From Carcharhinus longimanus (taxonomy: Eukaryota), in assembly GCA_030264375.1 (NCBI GenBank), contig JASCQW010000081.1:92305768-92369767 (forward strand): 64,000 bases of DNA, given 5' to 3'. The notes beneath the pieces are model-generated. The model was given only the letters and a program-made list of their open reading frames with translations. It searched no databases and was not told the origin of the DNA. Below are positions 41,491 to 55,016 of this stretch, piece by piece. The number at the start of each line of letters is the position of its first letter. The first letter of the stretch is position 1. Made by a program: the position numbers and the translations under genes.

Positions 41491-43099
41491 TCTTCTGTCA
41501 CATTTGGCTTTCTGAAGGATCAATTCACATCGTCATTGTTCCAACCGTCCGTCATTCTGTAACTTCTTGTTTTTCGGAGCTACTTCCCCCTGAATGTCTC
41601 GATCGAACTGATCTTTACTATTCTCTCAGTACAGTGCATCCTCAATGCGCTGTTTATTCTTTGGCTACTCATGTGAAATCAAATAGATTTAAAAAAAATC
41701 ATGGAACAAACTAAGTATCACCTGGGCTTAACAACGTGCTGGCATTAGTCTATTTGCAGTTCTTTCAGGATAACTCACTTTAAAGGCTGCAGTAGGAAGT
41801 AAAAATAATGCAGATATAAACAACCCGGAGTTATACAATTGAAAACCTCTCTTATTTAAGAATTAACGTTTCCTTGGTGAAATATATGCTGGACAATCTA
41901 ATACAAAGGAAGGAAGAATATAGTTGCACTTGAAACCTGCATGGACATGATTAGTAAACCTGTTTTGTTTTATTTTATTGATATGCCATCGCGTTTAAAT
42001 ATTGTCCAAGTGCAATTTCTGCCGTGTGGAGCTTGATAGCATGCAACCTATTCTGACGTTGGAGTAGGGTTTGCTTGGACGCCTTTTCTCATTACAGGCA
42101 AACTTTTTTTTAAATATTCGTGAATTACAATCAAATCATGCAAAAGTATATTATAGTCTAAATAATCTTACACAAACAATGATGCTGATGTTACCGTATG
42201 GGGTGGTTGGGGGAGGGGTGGCGACATAATGGATGTTCGGCTAGTTATTATTATCTTCTTACCCTACAATTTTCTCCTAGCCTTCACCTCTTTTCCATTT
42301 TGTGTCCAAATATGAAGGCAAAAACGAATAGCGTATTAGAATATATGCTCTCGACCAATGGATTAACTAACCTTGCACAGGGATATACACACACATTATA
42401 TTTACAGAAAAAAATGCTTATGGATCTTATAAATGTTTAAAATGTTGTAAAGGCACCACCTTGTAATATAAACAGAACTGCATGTTTCTTTGTATCTTTT
42501 TTTTTACCTGAGAATTTTATAAGCTTATTAAGGTGTTCAATTTCTGAAAAAAAAGGAAATAAAGAATAAAAGCGAGGAATAAAAATAGAAAAAATAAAAG
42601 TAGAAAATAACCCTGAAAAAATAGGTAGTTGTAGTAGCATCTGCGGAGAGAGAAAAACAGAGTTAGCATTTGGACTCCATATGACTACTTCAGAGTTTTA
42701 GAGAAGGATAAATGTAATACATTATATACCAGAAAAGAAGGAGTGGAAAAGCTGAGCAGCGTAGAACCTCAGAGATAAGTGGTACTAGGTGACATTGCAA
42801 CAAGGGCACGNNNNNNNNNNTGTTACAAAGTTCACTCACAGTACCAATAAATGTAACATTTTATAATACTTTTATAATAAAAATCAGGTTTGTAAATTGC
42901 CCCATGAACCTGAATGAGACACATTTGAGCATGACAGGATTATTTTCCAGATTAAGGGTTCAGATTGAGAATTGCACGGCAAAGTTCGTTTTGAGTTGGA
43001 ACGAAAACATAGTTTACTTGAAATACTTGCATGATGACTCGATTACGACCTAAGATGTGCATTGAAAATAGCCAGACAGAATGGTAAGTAATCGAAATC

Positions 43100-44442
43100 A
43101 AGTTTTTTCAAGGAAGCGACGAAGATGATTGATGAGAGTAGGAAAGAGGGTGTTGTCTACATGGACTTCAGTAAAGCCTTTGATAAGGCCCGTCATGGCA
43201 GACTGGTGCATAAGGTGAAGTCGTACGGAATCAGAGCTGAGCTGGCCAGGTGGTTACTGAACTGGCTTGGTCATAGAAGGCAGAGGTCAGCAGTGGGGCG
43301 GTGCGTTTCTAACTGGAGGGCTGTGACAAGTGGCGTTGCTCAGGGATCAGTGCTGGAATCTTTGCTGTTTGTACATTTAAATGATTTGGAGGAAAATGCA
43401 AGTGGCTTGATTAGCAAGTTTGGGCACAACACAAAGGTTACTGGATTCACGGATAGCAATGAGGACAATCAGAGGATACAGCAAGATATAGATCGGTTGG
43501 AGATTTGGGCGGAGAGATGGCGGATGGAGTTTAATCCGGATCAATGTGAGGTAATGCATTTTGGAAGACCTAATACAGATGGGAAATATGCATTAAATGT
43601 CAGAACCGTTAAGAGTATTGATAGGCAGAAGGATATGGGTGTATAGGTGCATACGTCACTGAAAGCGGCAACGCAGGTGGAGGAAGTAGTCAAGAAGGCA
43701 TACGGCATGCATGCCTTCATCGGCTGGGGCATTGAGTTAAAAAAATTGACAAATCATGTTGCAGCTTTATTGAACCTTAGTTTGGTCGCACTTGGAATAT
43801 AGTATTCAGTTCTGGTCTCCACAGTACCAGAAGGATGGGGAGCCTTTGGAGAGGGTACAGAAAAGATTTACCAGGGTGTTGGCTGTATGGAGGGTATTGG
43901 CTATGAGGAGAGGTTGGAGAAAATTGGCTTGTTCTCACTGGGATGGCGGAGATTGAGAGGCGACCTGACAGAGGGTATGGACATAATGGATAATCAATGG
44001 ATAATTAGAAATTTTTCCCCAGGGTGGAAGTTAATTACTAGGGAGCATACGTTTAAGGTGCGAGGGATAAGGCTTACATGAGATGTATGAGGAAAATTTT
44101 TTTTAGCACAGAAGAATTTTCAAGCATCATTTTTCCTTGCTTCCATCACGCCGTTTTTATGCAAATGACAACTACAGCTGGACTTTTGAGTGTTACATTT
44201 CGTTACGTGGAACAAATATGGCGTAAATATTTCGAAGTGTGTGCCTGGAACTTGCTGCCGTGGGAGGCAGTGGAAGCAGATACGTTAGTGACTTTATTGC
44301 GCATCTTGACAAATGCATGAATAGGAAGGGAATGGAGGGACATTGTCCGCGGAGGATAGGTGATTTTAGATCGGTGCAGGAGCGGTGTGTGCTTGGAGGG
44401 CAGAATGGCCTATTCCTGTGTTGTACTTTCCTTTCTTCTTTG
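43100..44442 (+). mobile_element. CR1 LINE ORF2 RT and 3' UTR, pseudogenized
   Basis: VYMDFSKAFDKARHGRL, SGVAQGSVL and WRMEFNPDQCEVMHFG; contains a foreign 127-bp insert. Confidence 0.95.
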
Positions 44443-45408
44443 AAATAAGAATGGCTATTCGTGTTCACTTGCCTGATATACTGTTGGATTTGGGCCTTGA
44501 TGGTCGAGGTGCATTCTATGTCACGTATGCATAAACATAATAATTTCCACTGACAGTACTTTTCACCATTATTTCACGAGTAACGACACTTAATCTGAGT
44601 TTAGGCTGGAAGAAAGCCTGGATGTTAGGTGCAGTATTGCCAATAAAAAAAAACCTCTGGTTCTTCGAAATATTTATGCCACATTTGTTCGACGTAAGGA
44701 AATGTAACACTCAATAGTCCAGTTGTAGTTACTATTTGCATAAACACGGCGTGATGGAAACAAGGAAAAATGATGTTTGAAAATTCTTCCCAATGTCACA
44801 GATGAGGGAGTAGGGCTGCGCTTCTAATGAAGAATGACAATGTAGGAATAAATTTGACTCGAAGCCAGTAAATCAGATGTCATTCAGGCCTGCGATATCC
44901 TAATACGTTAAACACGATTTCGCTGGATTGTATTAGCGTCACAACTGAATCGATTTCGGGTTTGAAAAAGAGTGAAAGTTGTCAAACATACTCTGCGATT
45001 GAATCTCGAGTGGCGTTGATAATCTCAGTTGCCTAAAACATTAGGAAGTCGAAATTTCTGTTTTATTTTATACATTCACTCTACCGTTCGCAATACAGAG
45101 CGACAAGAGTCCGTAATGCTACTGTCTGGCATTGACGCCATTTTGGACCAGAATACTGCATAAATTGCGCGAGGCACAGTCAGTGCAATGCTCCATAAGC
45201 ATGCATAACTTTTTGGAAAAAAACAATAATTGTTCCGTTAATGTGTGCGACCATATTCAGATATCGCTACATAAAGGAATATGACAATAACGTGGCTAAA
45301 ATGAGTGCACGGATTTAGATCACGTGAACCCGTTTTAATACTGGCATTGTGGAAACATTTCAGGATATTAAAATTATAAGATAAAATAAAAGATTTGCTA
45401 AGACTTAC

Positions 45409-45435
45409 CTTTGTCTTGTTCGATGATTCTACTTT
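45409..45435 (-). CDS. Micro-exon E4 (27 nt); ESRIIEQDK
   Basis: ttttttctgtcttAG|aaagtagaatcatcgaacaagacaaag|GTaagt; its 3' end (aagacaaag) matches E2. Confidence 0.85.
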
Positions 45436-46011
45436 CTAAGACAGAAAAAAGTTTCCTTGCAAGTTAAGCAGGAAATATATTTCCTTCTCACAATAAATCA
45501 GAATAAACATTTTTTCTGAAGTGCAAAATCTTAAACAATGTTCAGCCAGCTTAAAGCTTTTTTCTTTATTTATTAATGGGATGTAGGCATCAGGGACTGG
45601 GCTATCAGTTATTCACCAATCCTGATTGGACTTGAGCTCAGTGTTTCAGAGGGCATGCAAAAGTCAGCAACATTTCTTTGGATCTGTAATCAAAGAAAGA
45701 ACAAAGAACAAAGAACAAAAACAGCCCGGGAAACAGGCCCTTCGGCCCAACGAACCCGTGCCGCCATTTTAACACNNNNNNNNNNNNNNNNNNNNNNNNN
45801 NNNNNNNNNNNNNNNNNNNNNNNNNNNNNNNNNNNNNNNNNNNNNNNNNNNNNNNNNNNNNNNNNNNNNNNNNNNTGTGCAAACTCTACACAGATAGTGA
45901 CCCAAGCCTGGAATTGAATCCGGGTCCCTGGCACTGTGGAACAGCAATACTTGCCACTGTGCCACCCTTTTGACTGACAGGTCTTGGTGAGTTCAAAGCA
46001 TGCAGTCGGGT

Positions 46012-46681
46012 TGTTTATTTACACAGGCTCGTTCCTGGTCCCTTAACTATGAAGTAATTACTCAGCTATTAATTTAAACACCCTCCAAGCATTCCAGTTT
46101 AATGACACAAACAAAGATAGGAGTCGAGTCTTGATTCATTCAACAATCTCCCTTTATTTAACACTTTAGGTACCAACTCAAATTTAATCAGTTGCAACAC
46201 TTTTAACTCTTTTAGTGAACTTTAATTCTTAACTGAACATTAATTATTTAACTGAAAATAGATACTACTGGACAAATTGGCCAGGCCTATTCCCAATGTA
46301 AAATCTATCTTTGTAGTCTTCTCTGAAGAAGATCTTGAGGGCAACTTCTGCAAAGGCAAATTGCTACAGAGTTATCACTGGAGACAAAAGACTGCACACA
46401 CCTTTCATCTACAAATTCTTTCAATTTTCCTGAAGATTCTCCAGCCAATTGTGTATCTGAAAACTTATCACATGACTTGAACAGCCAGTAAAATTACTTA
46501 CAATTAATACCATTATGCTTGGTTCAGATGGCATGCAAAATCCATTTACTGGGCACCAGCAGGTCTATCCCAGAGTAAACAATTCCGCATATTTGATCAA
46601 CACAGGACACTTCAGGTCACACTTCCCAGACCAGGTCATGGCTCACAGCATCTTTAGGACCTGCATCTATTTTTAATAACA
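46012..46681. mobile_element. Possible solo LTR
   Basis: Bounded by TGTTTATT...AATAACA inverted termini; AATAAA on the minus strand near 46155; no TSD seen. Confidence 0.3.
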
Positions 46682-48464
46682 GATTGACCAAAATTCCAGC
46701 ATGCTAAATCCTCAGTTGCACCTGCTGTTTGAAGTCAGTATTTTGTTAAAATCATTGCTGCATTTGTTCTTTCTCCATCTACAAACTATGTCCTCTTTTG
46801 AGCAGCTGTTTTCTTTAATTGCAGTTTTTGGAAGGGAGAATCTCTTTCATTTGATTTTGCCAAGAGAGGGGAACCGGTGTTCTCTAACTACAGTTTTTCT
46901 CATAGTGGATTAGTTCCATTTATGAAGTGGATTGCGGTATTGCAGGTGCTCTGTTTAAGCTGATATTTCAGAACCTCTTCTGCCTGAACAGAATGCCAGC
47001 CCTGGAGGTGGTGCTCCTCCATGCAAGCAGTTGACACCACTCAAGGCATTGGCGTTCAGGGGTACCTTAATGAAGACGTTGTTGCAGTCACTGTCTGAAG
47101 ATGTGTGGGTCAGATTGATTGGCCATATTAGATTGCCCCTTAGTATCCTGGGATGTTTAGGTTAGAAATGGCGTAAATTTGTGGGATAGGGGGGATAAGG
47201 TGAGTTGTTGTCGGTGCAGACTCGATGGGGCTAATGGCCTCTTTCTGTATTGTAGGGTTTCTGTGATTCGATGAAATCTCTGGATAGATGTGATGAACAC
47301 ACTGCAGGGCAGGGGCCTGGAGGACTTTGTGATGGTCAAGGACGTAGCTGTACAGTTCCCAGGCACTACTCGCTGGCAGCCTCCCATTGCCAACCTGTCA
47401 AGTTGGCACTGTCAGCATTGGAAATGTTAGGGTGCGGGAGGACGAGTGCCAGGTTGGCTCTGCCAAGAGGGGCCTGAAAGCTGTGGGAGAGTTTTGGCGG
47501 CCCTATAGTGGAATGTCGCTCACTGGGGGTGGGGGGGAGAGGGGTAATGATGTTGGCTGGAAGGGGTTCAGTTCACCCAGATGTGTTATGTTTGTGTATG
47601 GGGGTCATGGTGGGGGAGTGATGAGTGTGACCCATGCCCTTAGTAATGGGGGGCGCGGTGAAGATTGTCCCTGTGTGTTGAAGGGTAGGAACATGCCCCT
47701 TGTCTGTGGGGAGGGTGGGGGGACGAGGGTGGGGGAAGGAGGGAGGAGAGTGTCCCTATCTCTGAGGAGCAGGAACTGTCAACTGTGTCTCAACCCTGAT
47801 CCTCTCAAGGCCAGTGCAAAACTCACCCCACAGAGACATCCACTGGTCATGGGGAGAGTTCTCGCTTTTTATTATTTCATCTTCATATTCTCTAGTTTTG
47901 ATCTCTCCCACTAATAGAAATATTTTGTCTATGTTCAACCTATTTTTTTCACACATTTATCTCCCATCTGTTAGTAGACTATATGTCCTCTATCTGTAAC
48001 AATTTGTTATTAACAGATGTAAACAGAAGTACAGACAAGGGTTAATGAAGGAAAGACAGGTTGGATTATTAAATACGAAATTATGTCCAAAATGATTGGA
48101 TTATTTGACAGAGAAGGTTGATTAAGGATGTTGTCAGGAACTTCAGTTATGAGGAGAATTTGGAAAGGTTAGGACTGCTCTCCCTGGAATGGAGAACTTT
48201 AAGACATGACTGAATAAAGATTTTCAAGATGATGAAAGATTTGATAAATTCGATGAAGAAAAATGATTTCCTCTGGAGGGTGGGTCAATAACCAGAGGTC
48301 AGGAATGTAAAATCATTAGAAATGATTAAAAAGATGGCAGAGATTTCCCAGTGAGATTTTCCCATTATTAAACACAATCCATTAGATCCAGGATCTCACA
48401 GCTCTATGAACTTCAACGGAAGTTGACTAATATTCCTACAGTTCTCACCGCCGCACAACATCCA

Positions 48465-48946
48465 TTTCCCTTCTCTGAGGGTCTCTGCTCTCCCACCTCG
48501 GGGTGGGGAGCAGGAGGGCCTCTACCCCGCCCCCCCTCCTCCCCAGGGGTCTCTGCTCTCCCTATCCCGGGGGACTCTCTGCTCCCCTTCCCCAGGGGTA
48601 TCTGCTCCCCTTCCTGGGGTCTCTGCTCCCTTTCCCTGGGGGTCTTTGCTCCCCTTCCCCAGGAGTCTCTGTTCCCCTTTACCTGGGATGTCTGCTTCTT
48701 TTCCCCGAGAGTCTCTGCTCTCCCCCTCCCAGGGGCACGGATCCTCTTCCTCAGGGGTCTCTGCTCCTTTTCCCCATGGGTCTCTGCTCCCCTTCCCCGA
48801 GGGTCCCTGCTCTCCACTTCCCCAGGGGTCTCTGCTCCCCTTCCCCGAGGGTCCCTGCTCTCCACTTCCCCAGGGGTCTCTGCTCCCCTTCCCCAGGGTA
48901 TCTGCTTCCCTTCCCCAAGGGTCTCTGTCCTCTCCTCCCCGGGGGT
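48465..48946. repeat. C-rich minisatellite, basic unit about 22-26 bp (ccccaggggtctctgctccccttc)
   Basis: Roughly 20 diverged units; includes a tandem pair of an approximately 48-bp higher-order unit at about 48780-48890. Confidence 0.9.
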
Positions 48947-49339
48947 CTTAACAAAGAACAAAGAACAACCCAGCACGGGAAACAGGCCCTTCGGCCCAAC
49001 GAGCCCGCGCCGCCGCATCTTCCTACACCTACCCTGCCCTGTGTGTATGTGAGTGGAACCCCTAATGTAGCCAGATTCAGTGGAGAATAGTGTCAATTTA
49101 GTACACCAATCAGCTTAAGAGCACATATAAATGCAATACGTTTTATGTTAGCGTCCTGTCTCGTCTTGTCGGGAAATCATTCCACCATATTGACTGCATT
49201 CCAAAGCCTGCAAGGATTTTGTAGAATGTTTCTAGAAGGTGGAACAGACGTGACTGATTTGGTTGCGTGGAGGAGTGCAATGGGAAGGAAAGGCCTGTGG
49301 TGGGGTTTGGAGTTCCTGCAGCTCCATCGTAAATTACAT

Positions 49340-49478
49340 TTCCATCTTTCCTTCCATCCTTCCTTCCTTCCTTCCATCCTTCCTTCCTCCCTCCCTCCCT
49401 TCCTTCCTTCCTTCCTGCCTTCCTTCCTGCTTTCATTCCTTCCTTCCTTCAGTTCTTCCTTCCATCCTTCCTTCATTC
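49340..49478. repeat. Imperfect (TTCC)n microsatellite
   Basis: Direct inspection. Confidence 0.95.
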
Positions 49479-49769
49479 AATCTTTTAGATTCTGTTAGAA
49501 ATAAAATGTGCCCTTCGATCTCTCTGTCTGTCCATCCATTCTTTATCCGACCATTCTTCCACCCATAATCTTTAAAGCAACCCACTTGTCCAATAATCTG
49601 TATGCTGATATAACAATTGAACCTGTTCTCGAGAGAAAAATGAGCAAAACGGGCAAAATAATTGCTACCACAATTAGACTTTCCATTACAGTTTGTATAA
49701 ATGACCACCGATATTCATTTCAAATGCATAACTAATTTAAAGTGCATTAAAGAAGGATGCCACTGGCAC

Positions 49770-49805
49770 CTGCTTTCTTCAGATGGTCTTTCAGTCTTCG
49801 AATCT
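49770..49805 (-). CDS. Micro-exon E3 (36 nt); EIRRLKDHLKKA
   Basis: tttatttttttcatAG|agattcgaagactgaaagaccatctgaagaaagcag|GTgcca. Confidence 0.8.
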
Positions 49806-50687
49806 CTATGAAAAAAATAAACAATTTTTCATAAACGAATCGCTGCGATTTTATTGTTTAATGTCTTTTCAGCCTTAGCATGTGATAGAAATATTGTTAG
49901 TTATGAGGAAAGTTGTACTTCTGTTTTATTCCTGCACTGCATGATTTAGAAAAGCGAGAATATTCGCACTTCTGCGGTTCAAAAATTTCCAAACGCATTA
50001 CTGAACCTGCAGATATTGCAACTTTACTTTCAGTAAGTATTCACCATAAACAGGTTTTATTTTCATTTAAGCAAGCCTTTGTCGGAATAGGATAAGTATA
50101 CCTGTATTTGCAAATTTTCAGGAAAATGGCCGACGTCAGGCCAGCACAACGTCAGATTTATTTACGAGGTAAAAGCACATTGACACGGCAATATATATCA
50201 TTATTAGAAAGATACGGATTTGGAATTTCTCTGTCAGGGTCATAGCTCTTGAATGCCTAGCTACTGAAAGAGAACGCACATCATTTAGACAAAACATTAG
50301 CCTGAACAAAATAAGAGGAAACGCCTTCGATATTACTCATTGAAATCAAATTATCGTGAGAGTATCCAAGATAGATTGAGTGTGCAATCAGTTCTAAGGC
50401 GTTATTTGTGGATGCTTAGCGAGGATAAATATCGAGCCGTGGGTTGGGTTATGGGAACAGTGTGAAGTCGAAAGTAGATAATTTGTGGAATAGGTAAATG
50501 TCGCGTGCAATAGGTCGGGCAGACGTTGTAGAAGCTTTATAATTTTCATTCCCAATTCGACTTACTAATTTAAAGGCACGTTGGATAGCCGATCTACCAT
50601 ACCTACACACAAGAATGGAGGGAAGCATATGCTGTACATCAGTTTGCCTCTTAACTATTATTAGGAAAATATTAGAATCCATTATTT

Positions 50688-51702
50688 TGAAGGGTCTTTT
50701 TTCCGGCTGGAGATTTGTGACTAGTGGTGTTTCGCAGGGCTCTGTACTGGGCCCTCTGCTGTTTTTGATATATATAAATGATTTGGAAGAAGGTGGAACA
50801 GGTATGATCAGTCAGTTTGCAGACGACACAAGGATGGCTGGACTTGCGCATAGCGATGAACATTGTCAGGGAACACATCAGGATATAGATAGGCTGGGAA
50901 ATTGGGCGGAGAAATGACAGATGGTATTTAATCCAGATAAATGCGAAGTGATGTGTTTTGGTAGAACTAATGTAGGGGGGAGCTATACAATTAATAGCAA
51001 AACCATCAAGAGTATAGAGACACAAAGGGACCTGGGTGTACAAGTCCACAGATCCTTGAAGGTGGCATCCCAGGAGGAGAAGGTGGTGAAGAAGGCATAT
51101 GACATGCTTGCCTTTATAGGACGGGGCATAGAGTATAAAAATTGGCGTCTGATGTTACAGCTTATAGAACATTTACGCCACATTTGGAGTACTGCGTCCA
51201 GTTCTGGTCGCCACACTAACAGAAGGACGTGGAGGCTTTGGAGGGAGTACAGAAAAGGTTTACCAGAATGTTGCCTGGTATGGAGGGTCTTAGATATGAG
51301 GAGAGATTGGGTAAACAGGGGTTGTTCTCCTTGGAAAGACGGAGAATGAGGGAAGATCTAATAGAGGTGTATAAAATTATGAAGGGCATAGTTAGTGGGA
51401 AGCTTTTTCCCAGGTCGGAGGTGACGAACACGAGGGGTCACAGGTTCAAGGTGAGGGGGGCGAGGTTTAACTCAGATATCAGAGTATTTTACACAGAGGG
51501 TGGTGGGAGACTGGAATGCACTGCCAAGCAGGGTGGTGGCGGCAGACACGCTGGGATCATTTAAGACTTCTCTGGATAATCACATGAACATACTGGGAAT
51601 GGAGGGATAAAAACGAATGGACCAATGAGCGGCGCAAGCTTGGAGGGCCGAAGGGCCTGTTTCCTGTGCTGTATTGTTCTTCGTTCTTGTTCTTTGTTCT
51701 TT
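50688..51702 (+). mobile_element. CR1 LINE, 5' truncated, moderately young
   Basis: SGVSQGSVLGPLLFLIYINDL, FADDTR, FNPDKCEVM and EGVQKRFTRMLPG; (ttctttg)n tail. Confidence 0.95.
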
Positions 51703-53984
51703 GAAACAGAAACAGAATATTTGTAGAACCTCAATAAAATAAGCCAGTATTTGGCAGCTTTTTAAAAGTCCTTTGGGTAACATAACAAGCAGGATGCATT
51801 AAATGGGCTCAATCAAATAAATGCACTTGCATTTCCAAAGTATGCTGTGCGTGGTGCCACTTTGAACGTTACTGTAAAATGTACGACCTCCTGATATTTG
51901 AATTGATACATGGCCATCAGCAGAAGATTGGAAAATACACTTTCCAGTTTTGCAAGTTGTGATTACTGGATGGAAATAGGAATCAATGGTAAACCTCAGC
52001 TATGTGCATACTATATTATTCAATTAGACGAAAATGTTAGCCGTATTGCAGCAAAATTTGCTGACGAATCTATCAGTGAGGAGAAGTGAAATTACATATG
52101 TACAATATATATGTATACACACGCAGTTTTATATAGATAGATAGATCAAAACGTGACGCAACATGATGCACACGCTAACATAAAGCAAAGAACAAACAAA
52201 TATGAATTACATACAATAGGACCGCAGAATGTGACAGATCCGAGTGGCCGTGTACATAACTCACAAAAATTTATATTTTGGGTACAGCAAGTAAGTAGAA
52301 AGGAAATTGAATGTCAGTGTTTATTGTAACGAAGGTTGAGAATAGACATGTGCACTTCTTCATATATGAAGGTTATGGGGAGCAATCACTTTGCACAGAG
52401 GCTTGTTTCTTTTTGTAAAACTATTTCACAGAGATCAGTAGAAACCTGCTCATTGGATAGCGTCAAGGTTCAGTCACAGATATTTTGACATACGCAGGAG
52501 TCAAAGATTATAGAGGGCAGGAAAGAATGTGGACTAAGTGACACCATCAGATCCACAATCATCTTATGATTGGATGTGCAATCTTGATGAACAGCCTTTG
52601 CTCTATTTGTTATGATTTTGCACAAGATTTAATCACAAATCTAAAGGAAACCGATTACATAATGGAAGCAACTACAAGTTCAGGAAGTGAAAATTATTAA
52701 GCAAGAAACGACTTGCGATTGTTCTTATACTTAATGGAACTCATTGTTTTGAGATTTCACAAGTGAAGGCCGAAACGTCAATTAATTTTAGGGACGTCAA
52801 AATTGTAATAAACATTGAGAAAATGTGGAAGGAGTCACATTACGTTTGGTCCATACATTACCCTTGCAATTGTATGAAGGCGGTTTCGATATAATGATTT
52901 GCAATTAAATAAAATGAGCTTTCCACAAGAACTTGAAATAAATACACAACTGCAAAACGTATAGCCAAAAAAGATAAATCCATAAATATGACACACACAA
53001 TCTGAGTTATTAATGAGGGGAGAATGATTTCTTTTCTCGTGTTATTGCCAAAAAAGATGGAACTGGGCATGTAAAGGACAACTTGATGAAGAGCATGATC
53101 TTTCCATGATTAACTAGCTTATTTAATCTAAACAGAAGGAATTTCAAGGAGATACTCAAGGTGGTGTTGGATCGACCAAACCACATGACGTTTATTCAAT
53201 TTTCCCCGATGAATGTCATTGAATCACATCGGACGCACAACATATCAACTGACCATATTTCCCAATTTATCCATGTGAACTTCTATGCTCCACTCACATC
53301 TTTTTCCATATTTCCTCATCTAATTCTATGATACTGAATTTCCATTCCTTGTTCTATCACAAATATTTCTATCTTCCCTTTGAAGACATTCGAACTATTC
53401 GCTTCAAATACTCCGTGATGTTACGAATAGTGTATAACTTGAATTTCAGTTTATATTTATACTTGCGTGTTAACACAATTGAAACATGTTTCTAGTTCCA
53501 GTTAGGTATGTTTGTGTTGTGCAAGTGATCTTATATTTGTTTAGAAATCTTTGCAATATTTTTGTGCCTTGCAATGTGTTATTTTTCTAAGTTAATAATA
53601 ATTTTATTGTTTGTGTTAAAGGTATGCTGGCATACACATGGCACTGTACTGAGCAAATTAGAGCCGCGCATTAAAGAAAAACAAAGTTAACATTTACCAA
53701 GCGAGAGTTACTCCGGGATCTGACTGTTCAGTTCTAACACCAGTTGGGATCGTATGACTGTGGTAACGATTTCACAATCTCCCAACAACAGTTAAATTCC
53801 AGATAAGGTTTCTTGATGACATCATATTAACGATTGCCTGTACGTTCTTCTTCACAAGTGGAAACTTTCTATTTAGACCCATTGTCGAAACCTTTTACTG
53901 AATTACAGATCTGCGGTCTGTCACCTCAGTTTAAGAACGCCATTCTGACCATCCTTTGCCGATATGCATACCGACGGATGTTAG

Positions 53985-54958
53985 CTGACGTTTCTGCTGG
54001 AGTCCCAGGGTAGTGTCCTCGGCCCAATCATCTTCAAATAATTCATGAATGACCTTCCCTCCGTCATAATGTCAGAAGTGTGAATGCTTGGCGACGATTT
54101 CACATTGTTGAGAACCATTTCTGACTCCTCAGATGTTGAAGTAGTCCATGTTCAATTGCAACAATATTTGGTCAATATACAGGCTTGTGCTGACAAGTGG
54201 CAAGTAGCATTCACGCTACACAAATGCCTGGCATTGTCCACAGCAATAGGAAACGCTCTAGTCACCGCCCCTTGACATGCAATGGTGCTACCATCACTGA
54301 ATGTCCGACTGTCAACATCCTTGTGCTTACTGTTGACTAGAAACTAAAATAAACCCGCATAAACACATCGACTACAAGAGCAGGTGACAGGCAAGGAAAA
54401 CTGCAGCGAGTAAACGAATTCCTGACTCCCCAAAGCCGGTTCACCATCTACAAGGCACAAGTCAGGAGTGATTTGGAATACTCCCCAGTTGCCCGGATCG
54501 TTCAACTCCAGCAACACTCAGGAAGCTTAAGGACAAAGCAGCCTGCTTCATTGGAACCACATCCACAAACATCCTCGTCGTCTATCACCAACGCTGAGTA
54601 GCAGCTTAGCGTATTATCTGCAAGATGCGCTATAACAGTTCACCAAAGATGCTTAGACAGCACCTTCCAAACCTATGACCATTTCCATGTCGAATACCAA
54701 GGGCAACAGACGCACGGGAACAAGACTGCCTCTTTGCCACTTAGAAGTCCAACCAGTAAATATATTGCCATTCGTTTACAGTCGCTGGGTCAACATTCTG
54801 AACGTCCTCCCTAATGTCACCGTGGGTCAACCAGCAGCACGTGCACTGTAGCGTTTGAAGAATGCAGCTCATTTCCACCTTCTCAAGGGCAACAAGAGAG
54901 GAGCGTTACATGCTGGCCACCCATCGACGCCTATGTTCCATGATTGAATTAAAAAAAA
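53985..54958 (+). mobile_element. CR1-clade LINE RT fragment and 3' tail (second family)
   Basis: ggagtcccagggtagtgtcctcggccca (GVPQGSVLGP-like), MNDLP, TIYKAQVRS; A-rich end. Confidence 0.85.
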
Positions 54959-55016
54959 GTCTATAGACCTAACATACTATATGTGGGAACTTGTGCCCGA
55001 AAAATTCAAAGGTCGT

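Noticed and set aside
43125-43646. 173-aa reverse transcriptase ORF as a host, retron or DGR-type RT
   Set aside because: It is a CR1 ORF2 fragment with the catalytic FADD mutated to FGHN, followed by stops
48413-49096. Long overlapping ORFs (227, 209 and 195 aa)
   Set aside because: They arise from the stop-poor minisatellite and are open in several frames on both strands
49143-49708. EGRK/PSFL-rich ORFs
   Set aside because: Translations of the (TTCC)n microsatellite
53698-53733. 36-nt AG..GT segment on the minus strand (ELNSQIPE*LSL)
   Set aside because: In-frame stop and weak acceptor; the alternation is already satisfied by E3
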